DNA of 64,000 nt. Source: Thermoproteota archaeon (GTDB taxonomy: Archaea > Asgardarchaeota > Jordiarchaeia > Jordiarchaeales > Freyrarchaeaceae). The DNA is taken from positions 64,001-128,000 of the forward strand of contig JAPDJY010000039.1 of NCBI GenBank assembly GCA_029258835.1, in the 5' to 3' direction. The stretch's first letter is position 1, and each line of letters opens with the position of its first letter. Below the pieces are notes generated by a model, which saw nothing but the letters and a program-made list of their open reading frames with translations, was not told where the DNA came from and ran no database searches. Positions 50,260 through 59,708 of this stretch are shown here, one piece after another. The translations under genes were made by a program, and so were the position numbers.

Positions 50260-51010
50260 GAACTACTCCCAAGAGGAATTATTTAAAGATGGTGTTAGAA
50301 TTGACGGGCGGGGAGCAAACGAACTTAGGTCAATAAAGCTCGAAGTGGGCGTTTTATCTCGAGCGGATGGATCAGCGTACATAGAGCAAGGAAACAACAA
50401 AATACTTGTAGCCGTTTATGGACCTAGGGAGCTCCATCCTAAGCATCTCGCAAGACCTGATGCCGCCATCTTACAATGCGTATATAGAATGGCTACGTTC
50501 TCCGTGGATGAAAGGAAAAGCCCTGCGCCTTCAAGAAGAGAACTTGAACTTTCGAAGGTAATTAGAGGGGCTTTAGCTCCTGCAATCTTCTTGAAAAATT
50601 TTCCAAGGTCTACGATAGATGTTTACATTCAAGTTTTACAGGCTGACGGGGGTACACGGTGTGCAAGCATAACAGCAGCGTCCTTAGCATTAGCAGATGC
50701 AGGAGTTCCAATGCGCGACTTGGTCGCTGCTTGTGCAGTTGGTAAAGTTAATGGTACACTGGTTTTAGATCCCAATGACGTTGAAGATAAACTAGGAGAA
50801 GCAGACATGCCTTTAGCCCTCATGCCTAGGAAAAAGCTCATTACTCTTCTACAAATGGATGGACGAATGAGCAAAGAAGAATTTTTAGAGGCATGTAGGA
50901 TGGCAATAAATGGATGCATGGAAATTTACAGGCTTCAGAGGCAAGCATTAATTAAAAGGTACATGGTAATTAGAGAAGAGTATGAAGGAGGAGAGGAGGA
51001 GGATGCATGA
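50249..51010 (+). CDS. rrp41: Exosome subunit Rrp41
   Basis: [29 protein letters not shown]. Confidence 0.96.
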   Translation: MSIKNYSQEELFKDGVRIDGRGANELRSIKLEVGVLSRADGSAYIEQGNNKILVAVYGPRELHPKHLARPDAAILQCVYRMATFSVDERKSPAPSRRELELSKVIRGALAPAIFLKNFPRSTIDVYIQVLQADGGTRCASITAASLALADAGVPMRDLVAACAVGKVNGTLVLDPNDVEDKLGEADMPLALMPRKKLITLLQMDGRMSKEEFLEACRMAINGCMEIYRLQRQALIKRYMVIREEYEGGEEEDA

Positions 51011-51830
51011 CGTACTTTCAGAGATAGAAAGAAGGTTCATAGTTTCACTTGCTAGCAAGGAAAGGCGAGTAGATGGCCGCATGTTAAAGGAGATGAGACC
51101 CGTCACAATAGAGACCGGGCTGATCAAAAAGGCTGAGGGGTCAGCTAAAGTCTCCCTAGGAGAAACTAAGGTTATTGCGGGAGTTAAAGCAGAGCTAGGA
51201 TCGCCTTTTCCAGATGAGCCAAATAAGGGCGTAATTACATGTAACGCAGAGCTTATTCCATTAGCATCGCCTGTCTTCGAAGTAGGGCCGCCACAGGAAG
51301 ACGCAATAGAGCTGGCCCGAGTAGTTGACCGGGGAATAAGAGAATCTGAAATGATTAATCTAGAAAAGCTCTGTGTAATACCAGGCGAGAAAGTCTGGGT
51401 GCTTTTTGTGGACCTTTACATTCTTGATGATAATGGAAACCTTTTTGACGCGTCGTCATATGCAGCTGTCGCAGCTCTTTTAACCACGAAAATACCGGAA
51501 GTTGAAGTAAACGGGGATAACGTGGTAATCCGAGATGAACGAATGCTATTACCTATAGACGAAGTTCCAGTCTCCATAACTTTCAGCCGTGTAGGAGGGC
51601 GCCTCCTTCTCGACCCAACAATAGATGAGGAAAAAGCGATGGATTGCCGTTTCACAATAGTAACAGATAAAGAGGATAATGTTGTTGCCGTCCAGAAAAG
51701 TGGAGATGGAATATTAAGTGAAAGAGACGTTAGTGAAGCGTTAGAGGTAGCAATCGAAAAGGGGAGAGAGATACGCGAGAAACACTTTTACCCGATTTTA
51801 AAAAGCAGGGAGGCTAAAGCACATGGGTAG
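51003..51830 (+). CDS. rrp42: Exosome subunit Rrp42
   Basis: [31 protein letters not shown]. Confidence 0.96.
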   Translation: MHDVLSEIERRFIVSLASKERRVDGRMLKEMRPVTIETGLIKKAEGSAKVSLGETKVIAGVKAELGSPFPDEPNKGVITCNAELIPLASPVFEVGPPQEDAIELARVVDRGIRESEMINLEKLCVIPGEKVWVLFVDLYILDDNGNLFDASSYAAVAALLTTKIPEVEVNGDNVVIRDERMLLPIDEVPVSITFSRVGGRLLLDPTIDEEKAMDCRFTIVTDKEDNVVAVQKSGDGILSERDVSEALEVAIEKGREIREKHFYPILKSREAKAHG

Positions 51831-52086
51831 AACCAAGAAAGTAGGAATTGCTGGTAGATTTGGCGCAAGATATGGTGTACGTGTAAGGGACAGGGTTAAA
51901 AAAATAGAGACGCAGATGAAACAGAAGCATAAATGCCCTAAATGCACTACTAAAGCCGTTAAACGTGTCTCCGTGGGAATATGGACTTGTAGGAAGTGCG
52001 GGTACACGTTCGCTGGTGGAGCGTACATACCGGTGACTGGAGCAGGAAAAGAGAAAGGAAGAGTTGTAGAGTCGCTTGAAAGATGA
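51823..52086 (+). CDS. rpl37ae: 50S ribosomal protein eL43 (L37Ae)
   Basis: [34 protein letters not shown]. Confidence 0.97.
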   Translation: MGRTKKVGIAGRFGARYGVRVRDRVKKIETQMKQKHKCPKCTTKAVKRVSVGIWTCRKCGYTFAGGAYIPVTGAGKEKGRVVESLER

Positions 52087-52616
52087 TATTAATAACGACT
52101 TCTAGGCGGCCAACAAGGCGTGTAAGGAGTTTTTGCAAGGATTTAGCATTAGTAATACCAAATTCCACTAAAGTTAACAGAGGGAAAAAAAGCCTTCATG
52201 ATGTTTTAATCGAAGCCGTCCAGAGAAGACATCCATATTTTCTTATTGTTGAAGCATGGAAAGGAAACCCGGGAAACATGCTATTCTACTCCACAAGTAA
52301 TCTGCAACTTGAAGAACCAATAGCCGTCTTCCGGGTTAAAGGCGTTAAACTTCAAAGGGAAATTCAGAGAAGAACGAAGTGGAAGAAAGTAGGAAGCATA
52401 GCTGTAATTAAAAACCCCACTAACCCTGAGTTAAGCGAGTTTTTTGTAAGGGTTTTCGGTGGAAAATTACGGGAAAAAACCGGGCAAGTGAAAGAGGACG
52501 TAACATTAGAAATAAAGGGAAACGATGAAAATATTTTAAAATTTAAAGATGGAGAAACAGGCATGGAAGTGGGACCACGTGTAAGATTTAAAGTGGTAAA
52601 GTTGGGGCTACCTTGA
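52083..52616 (+). CDS. Brix-domain ribosome biogenesis protein
   Basis: [25 protein letters not shown]; operon context. Confidence 0.9.
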   Translation: MILITTSRRPTRRVRSFCKDLALVIPNSTKVNRGKKSLHDVLIEAVQRRHPYFLIVEAWKGNPGNMLFYSTSNLQLEEPIAVFRVKGVKLQREIQRRTKWKKVGSIAVIKNPTNPELSEFFVRVFGGKLREKTGQVKEDVTLEIKGNDENILKFKDGETGMEVGPRVRFKVVKLGLP

Positions 52617-52873
52617 AAGTTAAAGAGGTCAAGGCGGTTATAGAGCTAAAGGTACCATGTCCTGAAGTAGTCTTCAGCTCTATTAACCCTGAGATTAGGG
52701 AGCCGCCGACGGATAGATATACAGGAAAATTAAAAAAGGATAAAGGTAAAGTAACCTTCGAATTTAAAGCCAAGGATCTCGTTGCATTTAGAGCAGCAAT
52801 TAATGCTTACATTAGATGGGTAAGAAGCATATGTGAAATATATGATATATATTTGAAGGAGGGATTAAAATAG
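52613..52873 (+). CDS. pcc1: KEOPS subunit Pcc1
   Basis: SINPE, AKDLVAFRAAINAYIRW; operon context. Confidence 0.88.
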   Translation: MKVKEVKAVIELKVPCPEVVFSSINPEIREPPTDRYTGKLKKDKGKVTFEFKAKDLVAFRAAINAYIRWVRSICEIYDIYLKEGLK

Positions 52874-53235
52874 CGTCAAGTGAGATACCACCCCAAATTC
52901 AACAACAAATACTACGAATGCAACAACTTCAGCAGAGCCTAGAACTATTAATATCTCAGCGTACTCAACTTGAACTCCAGTTGAGAGAGACGGAGCATGC
53001 TTTAAAGGAGTTGGAAAACGTACAATCTGGTGAAGCAGTCTACAAGATAGTTGGACCACTACTAGTTAAGGCAGATCCAAACAAAGTAAAGGAAGAGCTG
53101 GAAGATTTAAAGGTGAGCATAGATACTAGGATAAAAACCCTCAAAAGGCAGGAGGAGCGTTCAAGGAAGCAGTTAGAGGAAATGCGAGCGAAGGTCCAAG
53201 CAGCACTTCAAGGGGGAGGAGCCACCGCTGGTTAA
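52870..53235 (+). CDS. pfdB: Prefoldin subunit beta; apparent ATA start (first ATG at 52918)
   Basis: EIPPQIQQQ upstream of the ATG; VYKIVG.LLV; coiled coils. Confidence 0.92.
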   Translation: MASSEIPPQIQQQILRMQQLQQSLELLISQRTQLELQLRETEHALKELENVQSGEAVYKIVGPLLVKADPNKVKEELEDLKVSIDTRIKTLKRQEERSRKQLEEMRAKVQAALQGGGATAG

Positions 53236-53238
53236 AAA

Positions 53239-53535
53239 ATACAGGAGGAAAGGAAGTTTTTCTCTGTAAGTGAGGAGGAAATAGAGGAAATTTGTAATTT
53301 AGCAGAGAAAGCTGCTCGCAGGTATGTTTTATCTCGTTGCAGAAAACGTGATGTAATAGACTTAAAAATAGTTGTCTCCTCTGAGATTAAGGATGAAATA
53401 ACATTCAATGTTGACCTAGAAGTGCAACTATCACCTTTAGCTAAAGTTGAACCTGAAGAACTAGCTCAAAGAGCCGCAGAGAAAGCTATCGAGAAAATAG
53501 AGGAATGGCTGAGGGACATTGCGGAGCGCACTTAG
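53239..53535 (+). CDS. DUF3194-like protein with no ATG/GTG/TTG start (missed by the ORF track)
   Basis: Stop-free 98-codon frame SEEEIEEICNLAEKAARRYVLSR...FNVDLEVQL...EELAQRAAEKA filling the gap between pfdB and the DHH gene. Confidence 0.7.
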   Translation: MQEERKFFSVSEEEIEEICNLAEKAARRYVLSRCRKRDVIDLKIVVSSEIKDEITFNVDLEVQLSPLAKVEPEELAQRAAEKAIEKIEEWLRDIAERT

Positions 53536-54523
53536 AAAACTGCAAAAATTTTTGAGTGAAGGAGAAGGCGCAAACATGGCTATAATATGTCATCAAAATG
53601 CAGATCCTGATGCACTTTGCAGTGCATACGCATTAAAGCATTTAATTGGCATACTTGGGTATAAAGGAGAAATATCGGTGCTGTCTGATGAAGTAAGCAT
53701 TCTTGCATCAAACATAGCGGGGATGTTAAATATCGAGTATTCAACCAGTGGAAACTTAAATGCTTTTAACTTGTTTATCGTTGTTGATACGTGCAACCCA
53801 GAACAGTTAGGGAAGTTCCATCAGGCACCGCTCATTAAGCCGACGTTAACTATAGATCATCATTCTCCCAAACCTGAAAAGGGCGTTTTTAAAGAATCTA
53901 TAGTAGATCCTAAAGCTACATCTACGTCAGAGATCATTGCTGAACTGTTTAAAAAGTCAGGAAAAGAAATATCCAGAGAGGTCTGCACGGCACTCTTAAT
54001 AGGAATACTTTATGACAGTAGAAGCTTATATTTGGCAACGCCTAGAACGTTAAAGACAGCGGCATTCCTCCTCGAGAAAGGAGGAGACTACACGTTTGCC
54101 CACAGAGTGTTAAAGGGCATCATGGATAGAGCGGAAAAAATAGCACGGTTAAAAGCGGCTAAAAGAGCGGAGATAACGGATGTTAACGGATGGATCATTG
54201 TTTTTACACGGGTTGGATCATATGAGGCAAGTGCATGTAGAGGCCTTATAGAGTTGGGTGCTGATGTGGCCATAGTAGGGACAGAGCGGAAAGACGAGAT
54301 TAGGATAAGCGCTAGAGCGACTAAGGAATTTTATGAGAGGACAAGGGTTCACCTCGGAAAGGTAATGAATAAGCTAGGAAAAACGATTGGGGGAAGTGGA
54401 GGAGGACACACGTTAGCTGCAGGGTTTAACGCCACTTCAGGCGACCTTGAGGATGCATTTCAAACACTTCAAACACTTTTAAGAAATGTTATAACAAGGG
54501 AAAAGAGGGAAAATGATAAATGA
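53519..54523 (+). CDS. DHH/DHHA1 phosphoesterase (NrnA-like)
   Basis: HQNADPDA, VVD, IDHH, GI.YDS, GGSGGGH..AAG. Confidence 0.92.
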   Translation: MRSALRKLQKFLSEGEGANMAIICHQNADPDALCSAYALKHLIGILGYKGEISVLSDEVSILASNIAGMLNIEYSTSGNLNAFNLFIVVDTCNPEQLGKFHQAPLIKPTLTIDHHSPKPEKGVFKESIVDPKATSTSEIIAELFKKSGKEISREVCTALLIGILYDSRSLYLATPRTLKTAAFLLEKGGDYTFAHRVLKGIMDRAEKIARLKAAKRAEITDVNGWIIVFTRVGSYEASACRGLIELGADVAIVGTERKDEIRISARATKEFYERTRVHLGKVMNKLGKTIGGSGGGHTLAAGFNATSGDLEDAFQTLQTLLRNVITREKRENDK

Positions 54524-55380
54524 TAGTTGTTAAGGACTTAACGTTTACTTATAGTAGTGCAAAAGAGCCAGCGGTTAAAGACGTTAACCTTAAAATAGAA
54601 GAAGGCGAGTTCGTCCTGTTTTTAGGTCCAACGGGATGCGGGAAAACGACATTATGCCGATGCCTAAATGGGCTTATACCGCATTTCTATAGAGGGCACA
54701 TGATGGGATATGTTAAAATTGATGGGCTAGACACAAGGAAACACCCGGTTCATTCTTTAGCGTTAAAGGTCGGGTTGGTGTTCCAGAACCCTGAAGAGCA
54801 GATGGTAGCTTTAACGGTTGAAAGAGAAATAGCCTTTGGGCTTGAAAACTTAGCTGTCCCGCGAAGAGAAATGATAAAGAAATTGGAAGAAATAAGCAGC
54901 ATTCTTGAAATAGAACATTTAATGAAGAGGAGAACGGATGACCTTTCAGGAGGGGAAGTGCAAAAAGTTGCTATAGGGGCAATCCTAGTAACAGAACCAA
55001 GCGTCCTTATATTAGATGAACCAACTGCAAACTTAGATCCTCAAAGCGTTGAGATACTAGCGGGCACTATTAAACGCATAAACCGAAAAGAAGGTATCAC
55101 GGTTATTTTAACCGAACACAGGTTGGACCACATAATTCCATATGTTGGTAGGGTGGTTTTAATGAATAAGGGACGTGTATTGATGGATGGGGAGCCAAGA
55201 GAGGTCCTTTCGTCGATTAATGCGGAGGAGACAGGGATATATCTGCCTAGAATTATAGAACTGTACAAGAAGCTCAAAAAGAAAGGTGTTGTACTGGCTC
55301 AGCCGCCGATTTCTATAGAGGAGTTCTATGAGTTTATGCGAGGGTACATTTATGATTCAAGTGGAGAACGTATGGTATAG
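54520..55380 (+). CDS. ecfA: ECF transporter ATPase
   Basis: GPTGCGKTT, VFQNPE.Q, LSGGE, LDEPT. Confidence 0.9.
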   Translation: MIVVKDLTFTYSSAKEPAVKDVNLKIEEGEFVLFLGPTGCGKTTLCRCLNGLIPHFYRGHMMGYVKIDGLDTRKHPVHSLALKVGLVFQNPEEQMVALTVEREIAFGLENLAVPRREMIKKLEEISSILEIEHLMKRRTDDLSGGEVQKVAIGAILVTEPSVLILDEPTANLDPQSVEILAGTIKRINRKEGITVILTEHRLDHIIPYVGRVVLMNKGRVLMDGEPREVLSSINAEETGIYLPRIIELYKKLKKKGVVLAQPPISIEEFYEFMRGYIYDSSGERMV

Positions 55381-56188
55381 TTATGTTGAGGGCCATTACG
55401 TTTTGAAGGAAATTTCCTTTTCAATAAGTAAAGGGGAACTGGTATGTATAATGGGCGCTAATGGTGCGGGGAAAACTACGCTTATAAAGATAATTAGTGG
55501 TCTTCTAAAGCCGACAAGGGGGAAAGTTTTCTTAGATGGAGTCGACGTGGGGCGCATCCCTCGAGAAGCTATTGTAAGAAAGATTGGAGTGGTTTTTCAG
55601 AACCCAGACCATCAGATTTTCTCTGAAACCGTTGAGGGAGAGGTCTCTTTCGCCCTTAAAAACGTTAGACTTGACGAGAGAGAGATTAAAGAAAAGGTTA
55701 AGGAAGCACTATATGAACTTGGTATAGAGAAATACAGGTTTACATCACCTTTAACGTTAAGTGAAGGTGAAAGAAAGCTTGTTACCTTAGCATCGGTCAT
55801 CGCCTTAGACCCTGAAATAATTATGTTAGATGAACCGACCGCCGGCCAGGATGGAGCGAATAAAAGAAAAATACAAGGTATTATAAGAAAAATGGTCGCT
55901 GAAGGAAGAACAGTAATCGTAGTCACACATGATGTTGAGTTCTGTGCGGAGCTATTACCTAGAGTAATGGTTATGGCTAAAGGGAGGTTAGTGGCTGACG
56001 GAGACGCCAGGGACATACTAACAAATTTTGAAATCCTAAGGGAAGCGCGTTTGAAACCTCCTGTAATGGTGGAGCTAGCAAAGAAGCTAGATGGAATGAT
56101 CCGATTTGAAAAAAAACCTATTACGGTAGATGAGGCAGCAGAGTTAATTGCTGAAAAATTAGGGTGGCCACATTGCTGCAAGCCTTAG
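55352..56188 (+). CDS. ecfA: ECF transporter ATPase, second copy
   Basis: GANGAGKTT, VFQNPDHQ, LS.GE, LDEPT. Confidence 0.9.
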   Translation: MIQVENVWYSYVEGHYVLKEISFSISKGELVCIMGANGAGKTTLIKIISGLLKPTRGKVFLDGVDVGRIPREAIVRKIGVVFQNPDHQIFSETVEGEVSFALKNVRLDEREIKEKVKEALYELGIEKYRFTSPLTLSEGERKLVTLASVIALDPEIIMLDEPTAGQDGANKRKIQGIIRKMVAEGRTVIVVTHDVEFCAELLPRVMVMAKGRLVADGDARDILTNFEILREARLKPPVMVELAKKLDGMIRFEKKPITVDEAAELIAEKLGWPHCCKP

Positions 56189-56925
56189 AGTACAAAACGA
56201 GGGAGAGTAGAATACACGACCTTGATCCTCGAACGAAGATATGTTTCTCAGCAATGATCACTTTTTCCTCAATAATTTCGAAAGATCTTACTTTATTGAT
56301 CGTTTTACAGGCGATATCACTTATTCTGGCATGGTACGCTGGGGTTCTAAAGGCTATTTTAAAAGGCATAAAAAATTTCATTTACTTTTTAGTACTAATA
56401 GCGGTCATTAATATCATGTTATTTTCGCTAGGCTTTTCATTGATAATGTTAATTAAGTTCCTTGTTATAATATCGGTGTTTTCGCTTTTCCTCATGGTTA
56501 CACCTTCGGATCAGATACTCCAAGTAATGGAATGGATGAAATTGCCTGTAGAAATCGTGATAGGGTTTTCCATAGCGTTTCGCTATGTTTCGATCATGGT
56601 TAGAGAGGCTAGGTTGATCCTTGATGCGCAAATGGCTAGGGGTCTTGATTTTCAAAAGGGAAGTATTATCAAGAAGATTAAAGGCTACGTGTACTTGTTG
56701 ATCCCGTTGGTTGTACTCTCTACTAGGAGGGCTGTTCGAATAGCGGAAAGCATGGAGGCTCGAGGGTTTGGTGCGAGAAAGAAGAGAACTCAACTCTACG
56801 AGCTTAAAATGAGAAGAAGAGACTACATGATAATAGCTTTGGTATGCTTGCTCTCTTCTTTAATCTTCTTGTTAGAGTTCAGCTTTGGCTTACCTCCATG
56901 GATGACAATTAACGTTCCACCATAA
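56164..56925 (+). CDS. ecfT: ECF transporter transmembrane T component
   Basis: LDPRTK, AQMARG and MEARG motifs. Confidence 0.9.
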   Translation: MATLLQALEYKTRESRIHDLDPRTKICFSAMITFSSIISKDLTLLIVLQAISLILAWYAGVLKAILKGIKNFIYFLVLIAVINIMLFSLGFSLIMLIKFLVIISVFSLFLMVTPSDQILQVMEWMKLPVEIVIGFSIAFRYVSIMVREARLILDAQMARGLDFQKGSIIKKIKGYVYLLIPLVVLSTRRAVRIAESMEARGFGARKKRTQLYELKMRRRDYMIIALVCLLSSLIFLLEFSFGLPPWMTINVPP

Positions 56926-56949
56926 ATAAATATAAATAAATGAAATGGT

Positions 56950-57648
56950 TTAGAAGAAGGATAATTTGATAGTTTTCGTTTTTCTATCTGCCCACCTAGC
57001 CTTTCCAGCCTTAACTAAGCTCTTAATTATCGTCTCCAATTCCTCCTGTGGAAGCGTACTGAAGTCCTCTTTAACATTAACTAAATCCGTAAGGCTTAAG
57101 TATTCGATTCCCAAGCTGACAGCCCACTTCCACACTATATCTTGCCATTCTTTAAGAGTTCTCCAGTATATCCGGATTAAAGTTTTTTCTTTATCCCACC
57201 ATTTACACCACTTCTTAACACACATGTAATTGAGGATATCTCTTAAATCATCCTCAGAAAGCTTTCTGAACGGATTCTTGGAGATGAGATCATTAACCCC
57301 TATGAGGTGTATCACCATAGCCTTCGCCCATTGGAGGGTGTATTTAGCCCAATCCTCCCTCCAAGACTGAAGAAAACGCTCATCCGATGGTTTAACGAAC
57401 ATCCATGGACGGTTAATCCACTCTGGAAGAGGGGGCTCACGTGATTTTTCTTCAGCACGTACAATAGGTTTACCTAGCAGGCTAGACTCCACTTCGGATA
57501 TTCGCTGCATAATTACTTCGATTTCATCTGCAGGGGGCGATTTCTCAGCATACTCTACGCTTCCTTCGGGTATAGCGGGTATATCCTCTTCTTTCTCCTT
57601 TGTTTTCTGTAATGACTTCTTTTTTAAGCTCTTCTCCAAGGAGTACAC
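56950..57648 (-). CDS. vps25: ESCRT-II subunit Vps25-like
   Basis: P.W...PWMF..P, W.DK.K....IYWR..EW...V.KW, F..L..E.L...I..LV..GKA tandem winged-helix pattern; directly downstream of vps4. Confidence 0.8.
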   Translation of the reverse strand: MYSLEKSLKKKSLQKTKEKEEDIPAIPEGSVEYAEKSPPADEIEVIMQRISEVESSLLGKPIVRAEEKSREPPLPEWINRPWMFVKPSDERFLQSWREDWAKYTLQWAKAMVIHLIGVNDLISKNPFRKLSEDDLRDILNYMCVKKWCKWWDKEKTLIRIYWRTLKEWQDIVWKWAVSLGIEYLSLTDLVNVKEDFSTLPQEELETIIKSLVKAGKARWADRKTKTIKLSFF

Positions 57649-57665
57649 GCTCCAAAAACACTCTT

Positions 57666-58832
57666 TTAGTCCACAGCAAATTCTTCAGCCCACTCTTTGA
57701 AGCGTGTTATTTCAGAGGGAGATACTGAGGGCTTAACGATCTTCATTGCTTTAAGAAAGTCATCACGCATAACCGGGCGAATTTTCACGTCGTTCTTTGT
57801 TAGCATGCCCGCCTCATCAAGTTCTCTTATGGGCATCATGAGAGCCTCACGGCATAAAACAGCTATGTCTGCTCCAGAGTAGCCCTCGGTAAGCTTTGCT
57901 AACTCGTCGAAATCCACGTCTTCAGCTAGCTCGACCCCTCTAGTGTGGATCTTAAAGATTTCACGTCGAGCGTCCAGCTCAGGCAAGCCAACATAAATAC
58001 GTTTTTCAAACCGTCTACGTACTGCCGGGTCAAGCTCCCAGGGAACGTTGGTGGCACCTAACACTACAACGCGATCTTTATCAGAGGACTTTACACCGTC
58101 CATTTCCTGCATAAATTGAGTTTTAAGGCGCCGTTCACCGCCGACCTCGTCGCGATCTCTGGCGGTAGCGATGCTGTCAACTTCATCTATGAAAACGATG
58201 GCGGGCTGGTTGTTTCGTGCAGCCTTAAAAAGCTCTCTAACCAGTTTTTCGGACTCACCAAGCCACTTACTAACTAAAGTTGCCGCGGAAACGTTAAAGA
58301 AAGCCGCATTAACTTCTGAGGCAACAGCTTTTGCAAGGAGAGTTTTTCCACATCCAGGAGGGCCGAAGAGGAGGATGCCCTTCCACGGCCTCCTAGCACC
58401 CTTGAAAAGGTCGGGGCGCAACATAGGAAGGATTATGGCTTCCCGCAATGCTTTCTTTGCAGCATCGAGATTAGCCACATCACTCCATTTTACGTTGGGT
58501 TTTTCGATAACGACCGTGTCTGCGATAGCATCAGCTAATTCTCCACCTTCAACGCTGCCAGCCATCTTGCTTTCGCTTACTCTTGGAGTTAAACGGGAAC
58601 GTTGCGGTTTAGCAAGTGCTGCCTTGATCTGTTTGCATCGGTTAACGTATTTTCGCGCCCTTTCAAAGTAGGTCTCCTTAAGCTGAGGGTTCTTAGTTAA
58701 CTGAATGCATTTGTAAAGGATTTCAGCTGCTTGTAGGTACTGCTGATATGCTTGCCTGTAGTTTCCCCGCCGGTCATTTTTCGTTGCTTCCGTAGCTATT
58801 TCTATGGCAATTCTGAAAAGCTTTTCAGCCAT
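57666..58832 (-). CDS. vps4: Vps4 AAA ATPase with MIT domain
   Basis: N-terminal MIT helices, EKPNVKWSDVA, PWKGILLFGPPGCGKT, SKWLGESEKLV, RRRFEKRIY, F..W..EF. Confidence 0.93.
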   Translation of the reverse strand: MAEKLFRIAIEIATEATKNDRRGNYRQAYQQYLQAAEILYKCIQLTKNPQLKETYFERARKYVNRCKQIKAALAKPQRSRLTPRVSESKMAGSVEGGELADAIADTVVIEKPNVKWSDVANLDAAKKALREAIILPMLRPDLFKGARRPWKGILLFGPPGCGKTLLAKAVASEVNAAFFNVSAATLVSKWLGESEKLVRELFKAARNNQPAIVFIDEVDSIATARDRDEVGGERRLKTQFMQEMDGVKSSDKDRVVVLGATNVPWELDPAVRRRFEKRIYVGLPELDARREIFKIHTRGVELAEDVDFDELAKLTEGYSGADIAVLCREALMMPIRELDEAGMLTKNDVKIRPVMRDDFLKAMKIVKPSVSPSEITRFKEWAEEFAVD

Positions 58833-59001
58833 TAATCCACAACTCCTTTAGATGAGACAGGAAAGAAACGCTCTTCCACCATCTTACGTATAGAGAGAAA
58901 AGATATATTTACTTTTGTTAGTGCAAAAGCTCTTTTTAAAAAGAGGGGGAAAGTGAATGTGGAAATGTTTTCTCGATCTCCCCTTTTCGAGGAAGCTTTA
59001 G

Positions 59002-59655
59002 TTAGGAGCGATGTTTTTCTGTCAGGTGCCGCCACGCGTAATATCCTCTCTGGAGAACAGTTAGATGTGATATGACAGCTATAAGAATTACTGCGAAATC
59101 GATCAGAGGCAAAGTTATAGCGTTGTTGAAGAGCGCTCCTTGTAGGAATGTTGCGCCTCCTAAGATAAGTAAGCGTTCTGGCCTTTCAGCGATCCCTATC
59201 CCCATTTTACTTACTCCTGCAGCTTCGCCTCTAGCTCTAGCATAACTCACCAGTAAAGAGCCTGAGAGAGCTATTACCCCCCAGAGAAGGGAGCAGTAAC
59301 CCATACATATAAGAGATATAAGGAAGATAACTTCAGCGTAACGATCTAGTACCGAGTCGAAGAAGCCTCCAAAAGCGGTTACTAGCCCGCCCAGCCTTGC
59401 AACTAAGCCGTCTAAAAGGTCGCATAAGCCAGAGGCTAATATTAAGATGCTTGCAGTTATGAGACGGTTGCCTTCACCGAGGAGAACCAGAAGGTCTAAA
59501 CGTCCTCCAACGATGAACATGGCTGAGAGGATGGAAGCAATAAAACCGGTAATGGTTATGTGATTTGGAGTTACACCGAAGCGAAGTAACATTCCTGCTA
59601 CAGGCTTAAAAAATGAAGATAAGGCTTCTTTGAACTTGCTCAGCATAGCCGGCAC
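59002..59655 (-). CDS. pgsA: CDP-alcohol phosphatidyltransferase (archaetidylinositol-phosphate synthase-like)
   Basis: TPNHIT, DLLDGLVAR...GGFFDSVLDR, SYARARGE, G.AER.ER. Confidence 0.9.
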   Translation of the reverse strand: MPAMLSKFKEALSSFFKPVAGMLLRFGVTPNHITITGFIASILSAMFIVGGRLDLLVLLGEGNRLITASILILASGLCDLLDGLVARLGGLVTAFGGFFDSVLDRYAEVIFLISLICMGYCSLLWGVIALSGSLLVSYARARGEAAGVSKMGIGIAERPERLLILGGATFLQGALFNNAITLPLIDFAVILIAVISHLTVLQRGYYAWRHLTEKHRS

Positions 59656-59708
59656 CTCATCCTTCTTTAATAAAAAGAGGCGTTTTAAAAGCTATGGTAG
59701 AACATTCT

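Noticed and set aside
59455-59515. Possible in-frame intron in a pgsA loop
   Set aside because: Candidate registers give 25 or 38 nt, which would break an intact ORF, and they lack an inner stem.
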